This document shows positions 42,049 through 51,105 of a stretch of DNA of 64,000 nucleotides, in pieces. The translations under genes were made by a program, and so were the position numbers. Below the pieces are notes generated by a model. That model was not told the origin of the DNA. It searched no databases and saw only the letters and a list, made by a program, of their open reading frames with translations. The stretch is taken from the NCBI GenBank assembly GCA_963840855.1, contig CAWJBB010000040.1, positions 160,001 through 224,000 of the forward strand. The letters are read 5' to 3'. The DNA is from an uncultured delta proteobacterium (GTDB lineage Bacteria > Desulfobacterota > Binatia > UBA9968). The first letter of the stretch is position 1, and each line of letters starts with the position of its first letter.

Positions 42049-42182
42049 GTTCAACGTTCCACGTTCAAGGTTCAAGGCTTGCCGTTCAACGTTCAATGTT
42101 CAAAGTTCACGGCTGGAACGATCTTGAACTCTTGAACCTGAACCTTGAACCTGCCGAACATTTAACCTTGAACTTTGAACCG
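42049..42182. repeat. Largest heptamer inverted array in the window, overlapping an MFS 3' end
   Basis: About eight gttcaaN-type units followed by multiple Nttgaac units. Confidence 0.9.
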
Positions 42183-43438
42183 GCTCTTGCCCTGGATCTG
42201 TTTTGGTTTCTCCCGCCCGCGGTCTCCTTGACCGAAAAATTGAGTAGCCCTGCCGTGGCGAAAGCGCAAAGTCCGAACAAAGCAAACGCCGCACTGTAAG
42301 CGATATGCTCGGCGACGAGAGCGAAAAGAGCGGGGCTCACAAGCCCGCCAATCTCGCCCACCAGACGCCAAATACCAAAGAATCGACCCCGGGCCGCCGC
42401 CGGCGCCATATCCGAACCCACGACTTGCATACTTCCCGATGTCACGCTGTGACCGGCATGGACCCAGAAGAATCCCACGATAAAACTAGCCAGACTCCAG
42501 TGCCATCCCGCGCTCGACGCGAGAAAGATAAGACCGAGGGCGATCGCTATGAATCCCGGCACCATCGTCGTCTTGCGCCCGAAGCGGTCCATCAAGTAGC
42601 CGCAGGAAAGGGTGATCGGGATGCCGATGACGCTGCTCGCCGTAGCGAGTCCGCCCAACACCTGTGGGCCTACTCCATAGGCGAAGGTTGCATAGAGCAG
42701 CAACGTTCCGCCCCACAAGACGGCCCGCGTCATCGAGGCAAAAAACTGCGCGCAAAAGAATCCCGTATAACCGCCGTTGACGATCAACTTCAACAGAGCT
42801 CGAGTACTGAGCTGATCGTCATTGCCCCGATCCTTTGATTCCCGCCGCGCCGACTCTCGCAGCAGAAAAAAACTCGGCACGATGGCCAACAACGCAAGCA
42901 CGCCGTGCACAACAAACGGCGTGCGAATGCTCCAAGCCGCGAGCACTCCGCCGACGGCCGGACCAACCAGCCTGCCGGCGCCTTCGGTGCCCACCATGCC
43001 GCTGATCTGCCGGCCCCGGTGATGACTCTTGCTGATGTCGGCGATAATCGCCAGCCGCGCCTGCCGCCACATTTCCATCGCGCCGCCGCCGACCAAGCGA
43101 TAGACCAACAACTCAGGGAAAGAATGCGCCACAGCGGTAAGACACGAAGAGCCGGCCATCAGCACCGGGCCGGCAAAGAGAATCGGACGGCGGCCCAGAC
43201 GATCCAGGAGAAAACCGGTGGGCACCGCCGCGATCAACCCACCGAGGGCGTGCACGACGATGACCAATGAGGCGACAGCGAAACCGGTGTCGAAGGACTT
43301 TGCGAAAACCGGAATCGCCGGCGTCGCGATACTATAACCGAGAGCCAGCACAAAGGCAGGGAAATAGAGAGTCAGGAACTGATAAGAAGAGAGCACGCCA
43401 CCGCTGTCCGTCTCCTGAGTGTCGGTATCTCTATCCAT
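42107..43438 (-). CDS. MFS transporter
   Basis: GFLLDRLGRR, GYLMDRFGRK, ARGRFFG. Confidence 0.88.
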   Translation of the reverse strand: MDRDTDTQETDSGGVLSSYQFLTLYFPAFVLALGYSIATPAIPVFAKSFDTGFAVASLVIVVHALGGLIAAVPTGFLLDRLGRRPILFAGPVLMAGSSCLTAVAHSFPELLVYRLVGGGAMEMWRQARLAIIADISKSHHRGRQISGMVGTEGAGRLVGPAVGGVLAAWSIRTPFVVHGVLALLAIVPSFFLLRESARRESKDRGNDDQLSTRALLKLIVNGGYTGFFCAQFFASMTRAVLWGGTLLLYATFAYGVGPQVLGGLATASSVIGIPITLSCGYLMDRFGRKTTMVPGFIAIALGLIFLASSAGWHWSLASFIVGFFWVHAGHSVTSGSMQVVGSDMAPAAARGRFFGIWRLVGEIGGLVSPALFALVAEHIAYSAAFALFGLCAFATAGLLNFSVKETAGGRNQNRSRARAGSKFKVKCSAGSRFRFKSSRSFQP

Positions 43439-43510
43439 ACGGGAATGCGAAGCTCTTCCCAGTACGAATCGATAGGTGAAAACTCCGCACAATGGCTATC
43501 ATGCCCAGCC

Positions 43511-44332
43511 TTAAGCTTCGTCCCGGACGGCGCGCGAATACCACATCAGCGCCACACCGACGACCAAGCCGATAGCAAATGCCACGACCCACAACCACGT
43601 GCCAGGCGCGGCCCAAACAACCGTATGGACCGAAGCGTCCACTACCACAAGTCCCAAGATAGTGAAGAAGCCTAGGACGGCGTAGGTGATACCGAGTGTG
43701 AAGTATTCGATGGGCGCGGCGGCGCGCGCCAACACGAACGCGCCCACGGCGCCGGTAAGAAAAATAGCGCTGTACATCTGGCCATGAAAAACGTCGATCT
43801 TCCACGGCCAAAAGGCGCTGGCGGACTCTGGCGCGAAAAATTGAGCCAGCCCGTACACGGCCAAGACAACTCCCAACCCGCGTAAACCATAGCGCCATGG
43901 TGCCGGCACCGGGGTTGGGTCAGCCGGCCGTAATCGCCGATAGAGCCAAAGGTGATAGGCGGCATTGATAGGCAGCACGATGTACAGAACGAACCAGACC
44001 CAAGTTGCCAAGCGGTCGTAGCGAAAATTTCCGAGCGCCAGCAGCGTCATGACGAGAACGACGAAGGTAAAGGTAAAAAGCATGGGCAGCACCAACCGAG
44101 CGGGCGCCCATCGGCTGCCCACGAGCATCATCGCGACGGCAATCATAGAGGTCAAATATACCGCGCCGACGAAACGGGCATTGAAGGGCCGTATCTCCCA
44201 GGGCCAATGGGCTCGCGTCAAGTCAGTAAAGAAGAACAGACCCACGCCCGCCCCGATGAGAACGAAGACTTCAACGACCGTCAGGCCGCGCAGAAGCGGC
44301 GTGATGGGCGGGTTTTTATTCTTGATTAACAT
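43511..44332 (-). CDS. Integral membrane hypothetical protein with internal two-fold repeat
   Basis: About eight TM segments; HWPWEIRPFNARFVGAVY and FWPWKIDVFHGQMYSAIF. Confidence 0.8.
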   Translation of the reverse strand: MLIKNKNPPITPLLRGLTVVEVFVLIGAGVGLFFFTDLTRAHWPWEIRPFNARFVGAVYLTSMIAVAMMLVGSRWAPARLVLPMLFTFTFVVLVMTLLALGNFRYDRLATWVWFVLYIVLPINAAYHLWLYRRLRPADPTPVPAPWRYGLRGLGVVLAVYGLAQFFAPESASAFWPWKIDVFHGQMYSAIFLTGAVGAFVLARAAAPIEYFTLGITYAVLGFFTILGLVVVDASVHTVVWAAPGTWLWVVAFAIGLVVGVALMWYSRAVRDEA

Positions 44333-44388
44333 TCCATTTGTCCTCTCATCTCTGAGCTATGCACTATGGGCACTGGAGACGCAACGGG

Positions 44389-44529
44389 CAGAACAGCACC
44401 ACCAATAGCCAGCATGATACTCCCCGCATTAAATCCTGTAACTGTCCCAACCCCCATAAAGGAACCAATGAACCCGCCAATGAAAGCACCCGCGATCCCT
44501 ATCAAGATGGTAATGATAATTCCTCCGGG
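44389..44529 (-). pseudogene. Truncated GlsB/YeaQ/YmgE-family membrane protein fragment
   Basis: Manual translation PGGIIITILIGIAGAFIGGFIGSFMGVGTVTGFNAGSIMLAIGGAVL; the family's first helix and normal C-terminus are absent. Confidence 0.7.
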
Positions 44530-44616
44530 TATTCCCTCATTTTGCAGTTCGAAGTTCCTTAGGAGCCAAACGGAACAATGTGCTGCACGGCTTCAACGGC
44601 GCAACATCGATCTGAA

Positions 44617-44659
44617 GGGCTGGACATTTAACCTCCGGTTGCGCTAAGAGGCTTTTAAA
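44617..44659 (+). promoter_or_regulatory. Conserved ~43-bp motif, copy 1
   Basis: gggctggacatttaacctccggttgcgctaagaggcttttaaa. Confidence 0.7.
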
Positions 44660-44692
44660 TTCGTTGTCTTTTTCTTACCGGAAGGAAAATAG

Positions 44693-47600
44693 GTGGCGCA
44701 GTACTTGATGGGACTCGACCTCGGCGGCAGAAAGGGCCGCTGCTTGCTTCTTGACGTGGAGTCTGGCGCGGCGGTGACAACGTCGCGGCCGTGGCAACAC
44801 CGGGGGACCGCCGGATTCGGCTACAACCTCGACACTGTCGAGGTGTGGCGGCTGTTCGGTGAAGCCGCACGCGAGGCCATGGCCAAGGTCGGTGCACGAC
44901 CGCAGGATGTCTTGGCGGTCTCTACCACAGGAATGCGCCATGGATCGGTTGTGGTCGATGCCAGAGGAGAAGTGCTGCTTGCAACCCCGACGCGAGACGC
45001 GCGCGGCGCGATGCACGGTCTTCAGCTTGCGGCCGAACGCGGGCGCGAGTTCCACGAACGAACTGGCCACTTTCCGGCGCCTTTGTTTACGGCTTCCCGG
45101 TTATTGTGGATGGCGGACGAAGCGCCCGAGCTTCTCGGCCGGGCACACACAGTGTTAGGACTAAGCGATTGGTTGGCCTATCGGCTATCGGGAAAGACGG
45201 TCGCTGAACCGTCGGTGGCGAGCGAAAGCGGCCTGTTCGAGGCGGGTGCGAGGCAGTGGGCGGATGACCTTATTCGCTCGCTGGGCTTGCCACGATATCT
45301 GTTTCCGGAGGTGGTGTCGTCGGGTGCGACGCTTGGGTCGCTAGGCAAAGATGCGGCCGCGCATCTGGGTTTACAGCCGGGAATCCCGGTAGTCACAGGT
45401 GGCGGCGATACGCAGTGTGCCTTGCTTGGGACAGGCGTGGTTGACTGGGGCCAGATGGCTGTTGTCGCCGGATCGACGATGCCGGTGCAGTGCGTGCTCG
45501 AGCGTGGGTTCATCGACACTGAGGCTCGCCTGTGGACCTCGCACCACGTCGTACCGGGGCGCTGGACGCTCGAGTCCAACGGCGGGCCGAGCGGCGACAT
45601 GATCGATTGGCTGGCTGGCGTAATCTATTCGGGATTGGGCGATCCGGCGGCGGCCTTGTTTGCCGAAGCCTCTCAAAGTGTTGTGGGCGCCGAAGGGATC
45701 GTCTCGACCTTGGGAGCTGAGGTGTTCAACGCCAGCCGTCTGCGGCTGCCCCTCGGTCATCTGACATTGTCGCCAATGATGGTGGCTGACGATCCATCGC
45801 GGCGTCGCCACTTGGCGCGAGCAGTTGTCGAAGGTTTGGCCTACGCGGCGAGGGCTAACATTGAGCTTTTGCAAAAGGCGGCGCCGAAGGGATCCATCGA
45901 AGCGATCCGATTGGCCGGCGGGATGTCAAAGAGCGGATTCTTCGCACAGCTCCTTGCGGATGTGCTCGGCGTGCCGGTTGAAGTAGCCCAGGTACCGGAG
46001 TGCTCGGCGCTTGGAGCGGCAATTTGCGCCGGGGTCGGAGCGGGCCTCTATGGCAACCTGGTCGACGGAGCCAAGCGTTTTAGCGGTGGACTGCGGGGCT
46101 TTGCGCCTGATCTGGCGAGACACGCGGTCTATCAACCGCATTATAGTCGCTGGATGGAACTACGCGCGGCGCGTCAGAAGGCCGACGAGATCGCCGAATC
46201 GGGCGCGCTACAGGCGATCATGGCCAAGGCGGCCGAGAATTCTGCGAACAGCGCATTCAAGACCAGCGCGCTGCGGCCCAACATTCTGGTCACTGCGGCG
46301 ATGGACGAGGAAGGGTTGGTGGCGCTGCGCAAGCTTGGCGAAGTCCGTTATGAGAGTTTTCGCGAAAACTTGCAGCTACTAACTGGCGAGGACCTGATCG
46401 AGGCGCTCGCCGGAGTGCAGGTGTTCATCACCGAGGTGGACGCGGTGGACGCCGAGGTGTTGAGCAAAGCGCCGGATCTGCGGGTGGTCGCTTCCTGCCG
46501 CCGTAACCCGGTCAATCTCGACATCGACGCGTGCACGGCGCATGGGATTTTGGTGCTCACGACACCGGGGCGCAACGTGGACGCGGTCGCTGACCTGACG
46601 ATCTGTTTCATGCTGATGTTGGCGCGCAAGCTGCCGCAAGCAACGCAGTTCCTCCATCAACCCGGCGAGGCAGGCGATGTCGGTCGCATGGGGCGGGCCT
46701 TCGAGGGTTTACAGGGGCACGAGCTTTGGCGTAAGACGATCGGCATCGTTGGTTTGGGGTCGGTTGGCCAACGCGTGGCCAAGCGCCTTCAACCGTTTGG
46801 CGCGCGCGTCATTGCCAACGATCCATTCCTTTCGCCCGTAAGGGCGGCGCTCCTCGACGTCGAGTCGGTCTCGTTGGAGCAGCTCCTTACCGAGAGCGAT
46901 TTCGTCACCCTGCACGCGGCCGTCACGGACGTATCGCGGGCGCTGCTCGGGCCCGCGGAAATTGCGAAGATGAAGCGGGACGCGTGCCTGATCAACACCG
47001 CGCGCGCGGCTCTGGTCGATGAAGCGGCGCTCGTCTCGGCGCTCAAGGACGAGCGGCTCGCGGGCGCGGCGGTCGACGTATTTCCCATCGAGCCGCCCGG
47101 TTCGGATCATCCGCTGCTCCAGCTTTCGAATGTGATCGCCACGCCGCACATCGGCGGCAACACCTTCGAAGTTTCCTCGCACCAAGGCGCCATCGTGGCG
47201 GCGGACCTGGCTGAACTTCTGCGCGGCGGGCGACCGCATAATGTCGCTAACCGCGAAACCCTCGAGCATTTTAGTTGGACCGCGCCGCGGCCCGTGCCTT
47301 CACTCGAGGCTCTCGAGCGGCTGCGCCGGAACTCACGGCCGTCGGTGACCGACCTTCCCGTCGACACGGAAAAGGCCTTGTCGGCTCCAAAAGGGGCGCC
47401 AGTTTTCCCCATCGAAGCGCCCCGTGCGGCGAAGAAAGAGAGCCTGCTTTCGGGACTCAAGAACGCTTTTCTCGGTCGTCGATCGGAGAGGGTTGAAACC
47501 CCCGCTATGTTGGACCACCCCACTGAGCGCCAGAACGGCAGTCGTTCGGATGGATCGAAGGCAGTGCGCGCGCATATGGAGCGGCTTTTGGGCAACTTCG

Positions 47601-48694
47601 GCCAGCGGGTGAGCCGCGACGAGAAGATCCTGTCGTTCGCCGAAGGACGGCAGGTGACGGTGCGCTATGAGCTCAATGATGTGGATCTCTCCTTCTATAC
47701 GAGCTTCGATCAGGGCGCGGTGCGTTGTGGCGTGGGCGATCCGCCGGAAAAGCCGCAAGTTACGCTGAAGATGAAGGCCGACATTCTCGACAAGCTGTTT
47801 ACCGGACGGGAGAACGGTCCGAAGGCGGCGATGAGCGGGAAGCTGTCCTTCATCGGCGACACCATCAAGGCGATGTCGTTGCAGCGCATTCAGAAAGATC
47901 TCAATCGCCTCTACACCGAGGCCCGAGCCGAAGCCGGAGATCTCGACGCGGTTTTCGAACGGGCGGCGGACGAGGCACCCGGGCAGAGCCAGCCGCGGCC
48001 TGCGGGGCCGCTTACTACCGCGGCTGTAAGCGGCGAGGTCGCCAGCGCGGCTCGAATCCTCGCCGGTGATATTCGCGACGAGGTCGTTCGCGCCGTCGAG
48101 GAAATGTACGCGCACGGCCTCATCACTTCGACGGGCGGCAACGTGAGTGTACGGATCCCGGGCAAAGACGAAGTTTGGATCACACCCAATTCGTTCTTCA
48201 AGGGCGCGCTTCGCCCAGACATGTTGGTGCGGGTCGATCTCGAGGGCAACCCGATCGGCGATTCTCCCTATGCACCGTCGAGCGAGCGCATGCTGCACTG
48301 CGCGGTCTACCGTAACAAAGCGATTGTGGGGGCGGTGATCCACTCCCATGCGCCAAAGACAACGCTCTTGGGTCTCGCAGGCCTCCCGTTCCTACCGATT
48401 TCGACGGAGGCCGCTTTCATCGGCGAGATTCCACGCATCCCGTTCATCATGCCTGGAACCACTGAGCTGGCCGATGCGGTGGCTGCGGTTGCCAAGGATG
48501 CCCCCGCCGTGATCATGCAAAACCATGGCCTCATCGTCGGTGGACCGAACTTGCGTCACACCATCGACATGACGCTCATCATCGAGCACACGGCGGACAA
48601 GCTCATCGCTTGCCATATGCTCGGAAAGATTCCGCCGGTTCTGCCCGACGAGATCGTCAGTGCACTGAGAAGCCTCGGAGAGATGGTCTCGTAG
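44693..48694 (+). CDS. 1333-aa fusion: FGGY carbohydrate kinase (LsrK/XylB-like) + D-2-hydroxyacid dehydrogenase + SCP2 domain + class II aldolase
   Basis: Kinase: GLDLGG, DARG, GGGDTQ, AGGMSKS, SALGAA. Dehydrogenase: GIVGLGSVG, INTARA, DVFPIEP, TPHIGG. SCP2: VTLKMKAD.L.KLFTG.ENG.KAAMSGKL...GD. Aldolase: GGNVSVR, PSSE..LH, IHSHAP, NHG. Confidence 0.88.
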   Translation: MAQYLMGLDLGGRKGRCLLLDVESGAAVTTSRPWQHRGTAGFGYNLDTVEVWRLFGEAAREAMAKVGARPQDVLAVSTTGMRHGSVVVDARGEVLLATPTRDARGAMHGLQLAAERGREFHERTGHFPAPLFTASRLLWMADEAPELLGRAHTVLGLSDWLAYRLSGKTVAEPSVASESGLFEAGARQWADDLIRSLGLPRYLFPEVVSSGATLGSLGKDAAAHLGLQPGIPVVTGGGDTQCALLGTGVVDWGQMAVVAGSTMPVQCVLERGFIDTEARLWTSHHVVPGRWTLESNGGPSGDMIDWLAGVIYSGLGDPAAALFAEASQSVVGAEGIVSTLGAEVFNASRLRLPLGHLTLSPMMVADDPSRRRHLARAVVEGLAYAARANIELLQKAAPKGSIEAIRLAGGMSKSGFFAQLLADVLGVPVEVAQVPECSALGAAICAGVGAGLYGNLVDGAKRFSGGLRGFAPDLARHAVYQPHYSRWMELRAARQKADEIAESGALQAIMAKAAENSANSAFKTSALRPNILVTAAMDEEGLVALRKLGEVRYESFRENLQLLTGEDLIEALAGVQVFITEVDAVDAEVLSKAPDLRVVASCRRNPVNLDIDACTAHGILVLTTPGRNVDAVADLTICFMLMLARKLPQATQFLHQPGEAGDVGRMGRAFEGLQGHELWRKTIGIVGLGSVGQRVAKRLQPFGARVIANDPFLSPVRAALLDVESVSLEQLLTESDFVTLHAAVTDVSRALLGPAEIAKMKRDACLINTARAALVDEAALVSALKDERLAGAAVDVFPIEPPGSDHPLLQLSNVIATPHIGGNTFEVSSHQGAIVAADLAELLRGGRPHNVANRETLEHFSWTAPRPVPSLEALERLRRNSRPSVTDLPVDTEKALSAPKGAPVFPIEAPRAAKKESLLSGLKNAFLGRRSERVETPAMLDHPTERQNGSRSDGSKAVRAHMERLLGNFGQRVSRDEKILSFAEGRQVTVRYELNDVDLSFYTSFDQGAVRCGVGDPPEKPQVTLKMKADILDKLFTGRENGPKAAMSGKLSFIGDTIKAMSLQRIQKDLNRLYTEARAEAGDLDAVFERAADEAPGQSQPRPAGPLTTAAVSGEVASAARILAGDIRDEVVRAVEEMYAHGLITSTGGNVSVRIPGKDEVWITPNSFFKGALRPDMLVRVDLEGNPIGDSPYAPSSERMLHCAVYRNKAIVGAVIHSHAPKTTLLGLAGLPFLPISTEAAFIGEIPRIPFIMPGTTELADAVAAVAKDAPAVIMQNHGLIVGGPNLRHTIDMTLIIEHTADKLIACHMLGKIPPVLPDEIVSALRSLGEMVS

Positions 48695-48753
48695 GCGAGC
48701 ACCGCTCCAACTTTCGGTACTCTTTGGGAAGAAGCGACTGGAGTCCGAGGGTG

Positions 48754-49896
48754 TTAGCCCTTCGGAATGGGCGATACTTGGGGGTCAGGGTGCTCCAGCC
48801 AGCGGATCACGGTAATCGCCAGGGCCACCGCGGTAATCTCTAGATGCGCGCCAAGCAGAAAGTGGTCGCTGCCCAGCTCGGCTAGCGTCACGCCGCCTGG
48901 AAAAATCATGTCGGACAACAGTAAAAGCCCGTCATTGGGTCCATGCTTTCGCAGCGGAAAAAAGCCTCTGCGCGCCAAAAAAGAAATGCTGCCGCTGACA
49001 GGAATGCCAAAGTAGTTAACCACAAGCACATGTTCAGGGATGCGAAAGGAATCGAATCGTTGCCGACTGCGCGCAGTCGTGATGCTATCCTTGCCGGCAA
49101 CGTCCACTTTACCAACTATATATTCTAACTCCGGCGCAAGCCCTTCGTCCGCGACCGGGGAGCCTTGAAGTGCGCCCACCGTATTGATCCATGCGGCGAC
49201 ATGACCGGTCTCAGCGAGTCCCAGCCGCGTCAACGCGAGGGCGACTTCCGGACTGGACTTGCTGGCGCTGACGATGATCAGCCGGCGGCCGCTCTGCGCC
49301 TGAGCCCGAATGGCGGCAGTCACGATATCCGCGTTCACCTCAACGGCGCCGTCGTCTTGCGTTTCGACAAAATGGCAGGTGAATCCCACCTGTTGCAGCG
49401 CTGCCCGCGGAGCGGCGAAATCGGCACCCGTGAAGGTCAACCGCTTGTAGAGATAGGTGGGCACAAACATGATTTCATAGTCGGCGGCCGCCGAGGGTAA
49501 TCTAACGCGACCTTCAGGAAGGTTTTTGCGCGTATAATCGTAGGCTTGATCGAAGGCGCTCCGAAAACGACGATTGACCGGCGTGCGATCGATCTGGTCG
49601 GCCAAATATAAAGCTGCGAAGTCAACCGAGAACTCATCGCTTAGATGTTTCAGGTCGTTGCGGTCGGGCAGATTACCGTTGGCACTCTGGTAAACGCGAT
49701 CGATCCGCTCATCGAGCACAGCATCGCTGCGTTTTCCCGCGAGGTAGTTTCCGAGGTAATAACGCGCTACTTCCAAATCGACCCGGGTTTCGATGGTTTG
49801 CCCACCCACGCTGCCGCGCACCGGCAGGCCGGCGCATGCCGTCAGCGACAGAAGGGCAGATGATAAAAGAATAAACTTGAGCCGATGGAGGATCAT
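48754..49896 (-). CDS. Lipoprotein with lipase-like alpha/beta hydrolase C-terminal domain
   Basis: Lipobox LTAC; IVSASKSS elbow, GALQGSPVAD, PNDGLL, DHF. Confidence 0.6.
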   Translation of the reverse strand: MILHRLKFILLSSALLSLTACAGLPVRGSVGGQTIETRVDLEVARYYLGNYLAGKRSDAVLDERIDRVYQSANGNLPDRNDLKHLSDEFSVDFAALYLADQIDRTPVNRRFRSAFDQAYDYTRKNLPEGRVRLPSAAADYEIMFVPTYLYKRLTFTGADFAAPRAALQQVGFTCHFVETQDDGAVEVNADIVTAAIRAQAQSGRRLIIVSASKSSPEVALALTRLGLAETGHVAAWINTVGALQGSPVADEGLAPELEYIVGKVDVAGKDSITTARSRQRFDSFRIPEHVLVVNYFGIPVSGSISFLARRGFFPLRKHGPNDGLLLLSDMIFPGGVTLAELGSDHFLLGAHLEITAVALAITVIRWLEHPDPQVSPIPKG

Positions 49897-50026
49897 GTTA
49901 ATAAGCCCTGCGTAAGCTGCACCTTTGCGTTTGACGAGAAGAATTTCGGCGCCGTCCAAAGCCCAACCCAATCCAGAGAGTTAGGCCGTTGCCCAACTAC
50001 CGCCGGGCGGACCTCAGTAGAAGGAG

Positions 50027-50872
50027 TTAGTTGGAGAATAGCTCCGGCGAGCTCTCCGGAGTTGCTTCGTCTTCATCTTTCCGAGCCCTATCCCTGCCGC
50101 TAATTCGCCCCACAACACGGTTGTAGCAGTCCGCGGCAAGTTTTTTCCTACCTGCCGAGTTGTCTTCATATCGGAAACATTCGATCTTGGGCTGAATCGT
50201 CATCCTGACCTCGACGCTCCGCAGTCCTAAAAGCTTCCAAAAATGAGGCAAAAAGTCCATATCACCGTAACAATAGATTAAGTCCCGATTGGCCACCGAG
50301 ACGGGTTGTTCTTCGATACTCGTGTAAGCAAGCGTGACCGGAACGATAATCGACCGGCTTCTTATAGGCGCAGCCAGCGGAGCGGTTTGGAAGGGCAGCA
50401 TCCGTTCGCCATTCGTCGCAGCTCCCTCTGGAAACAGCAAGATATTGGCCTCCTGCTTTAGTTTCCGCCTAATCTCCTTAGTCGTTAACGAAACGAGGCT
50501 TTTTCGTTGACGATTGATGAAGATGGTTCCGCAAAGTGTCGTCCATTGACCGATCACCGGCCAGCTTTTCACTTCTCTTTTGGAGACAAAAATCACGGGG
50601 AAAAGAGCTCCCAGAACAATGCCATCAATGTAGCCGACGTGGTTACTGATGATCACATAGCCGCCGCGTTCCAGTTGCCCTTCGTCGCCCTCCACCGTCA
50701 CTTTGATGTTTAGAATCGTTCTCAAGAGAAAGTTAAAACTTCGTATCGGTCGGCTGATAATCTTCCAGCGGTTAGGAAGTTTTAGCACACTTATCCACAG
50801 GTGGGCCAGGGTCACGACCCCGAAGAAAAGTAACCACAAGGATAAGATAGCGGAGAGCTTAACCCATCTCAT
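50027..50872 (-). CDS. Lysophospholipid acyltransferase (PlsC/OlsA family)
   Basis: SNHVGYIDG (HX4D), FVSKREV.SWP, IFINR, FPEG..TNG..MLPF. Confidence 0.9.
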   Translation of the reverse strand: MRWVKLSAILSLWLLFFGVVTLAHLWISVLKLPNRWKIISRPIRSFNFLLRTILNIKVTVEGDEGQLERGGYVIISNHVGYIDGIVLGALFPVIFVSKREVKSWPVIGQWTTLCGTIFINRQRKSLVSLTTKEIRRKLKQEANILLFPEGAATNGERMLPFQTAPLAAPIRSRSIIVPVTLAYTSIEEQPVSVANRDLIYCYGDMDFLPHFWKLLGLRSVEVRMTIQPKIECFRYEDNSAGRKKLAADCYNRVVGRISGRDRARKDEDEATPESSPELFSN

Positions 50873-50937
50873 GACGCGCCTGTTATGAGGCAAACATTAT
50901 TAGATAACGACGGGTTAAGTCAACTTGCTTGCATCAC

Positions 50938-50981
50938 AGGGCTGGACATTTACGCCTCAGTTGCGGTAAGAGGCTTTTAAA
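50938..50981 (+). promoter_or_regulatory. Conserved ~43-bp motif, copy 2
   Basis: agggctggacatttacgcctcagttgcggtaagaggcttttaaa. Confidence 0.7.
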
Positions 50982-51105
50982 CTCTTCGAATAAGGCAGCA
51001 TAACCGGACGGAGATCAATCGCGATCATTTCCGGCTGGCGTCAGAAACTGAATCGCATCTGTTTTTATTTTGCTTATGTACGAGAATAGCCGAAGGGAAC
51101 TATGG

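Noticed and set aside
3325-42182. GTTCAA-rich arrays as CRISPR repeats
   Set aside because: Units are 7 or 9 nt in direct tandem without unique ~30-nt spacers, and no cas genes are present.
44693-46200. Calling the kinase domain LsrK (AI-2 quorum sensing)
   Set aside because: Some local resemblance, but no lsrR/ACDB/FG genes are in the window and it is fused to unrelated domains.
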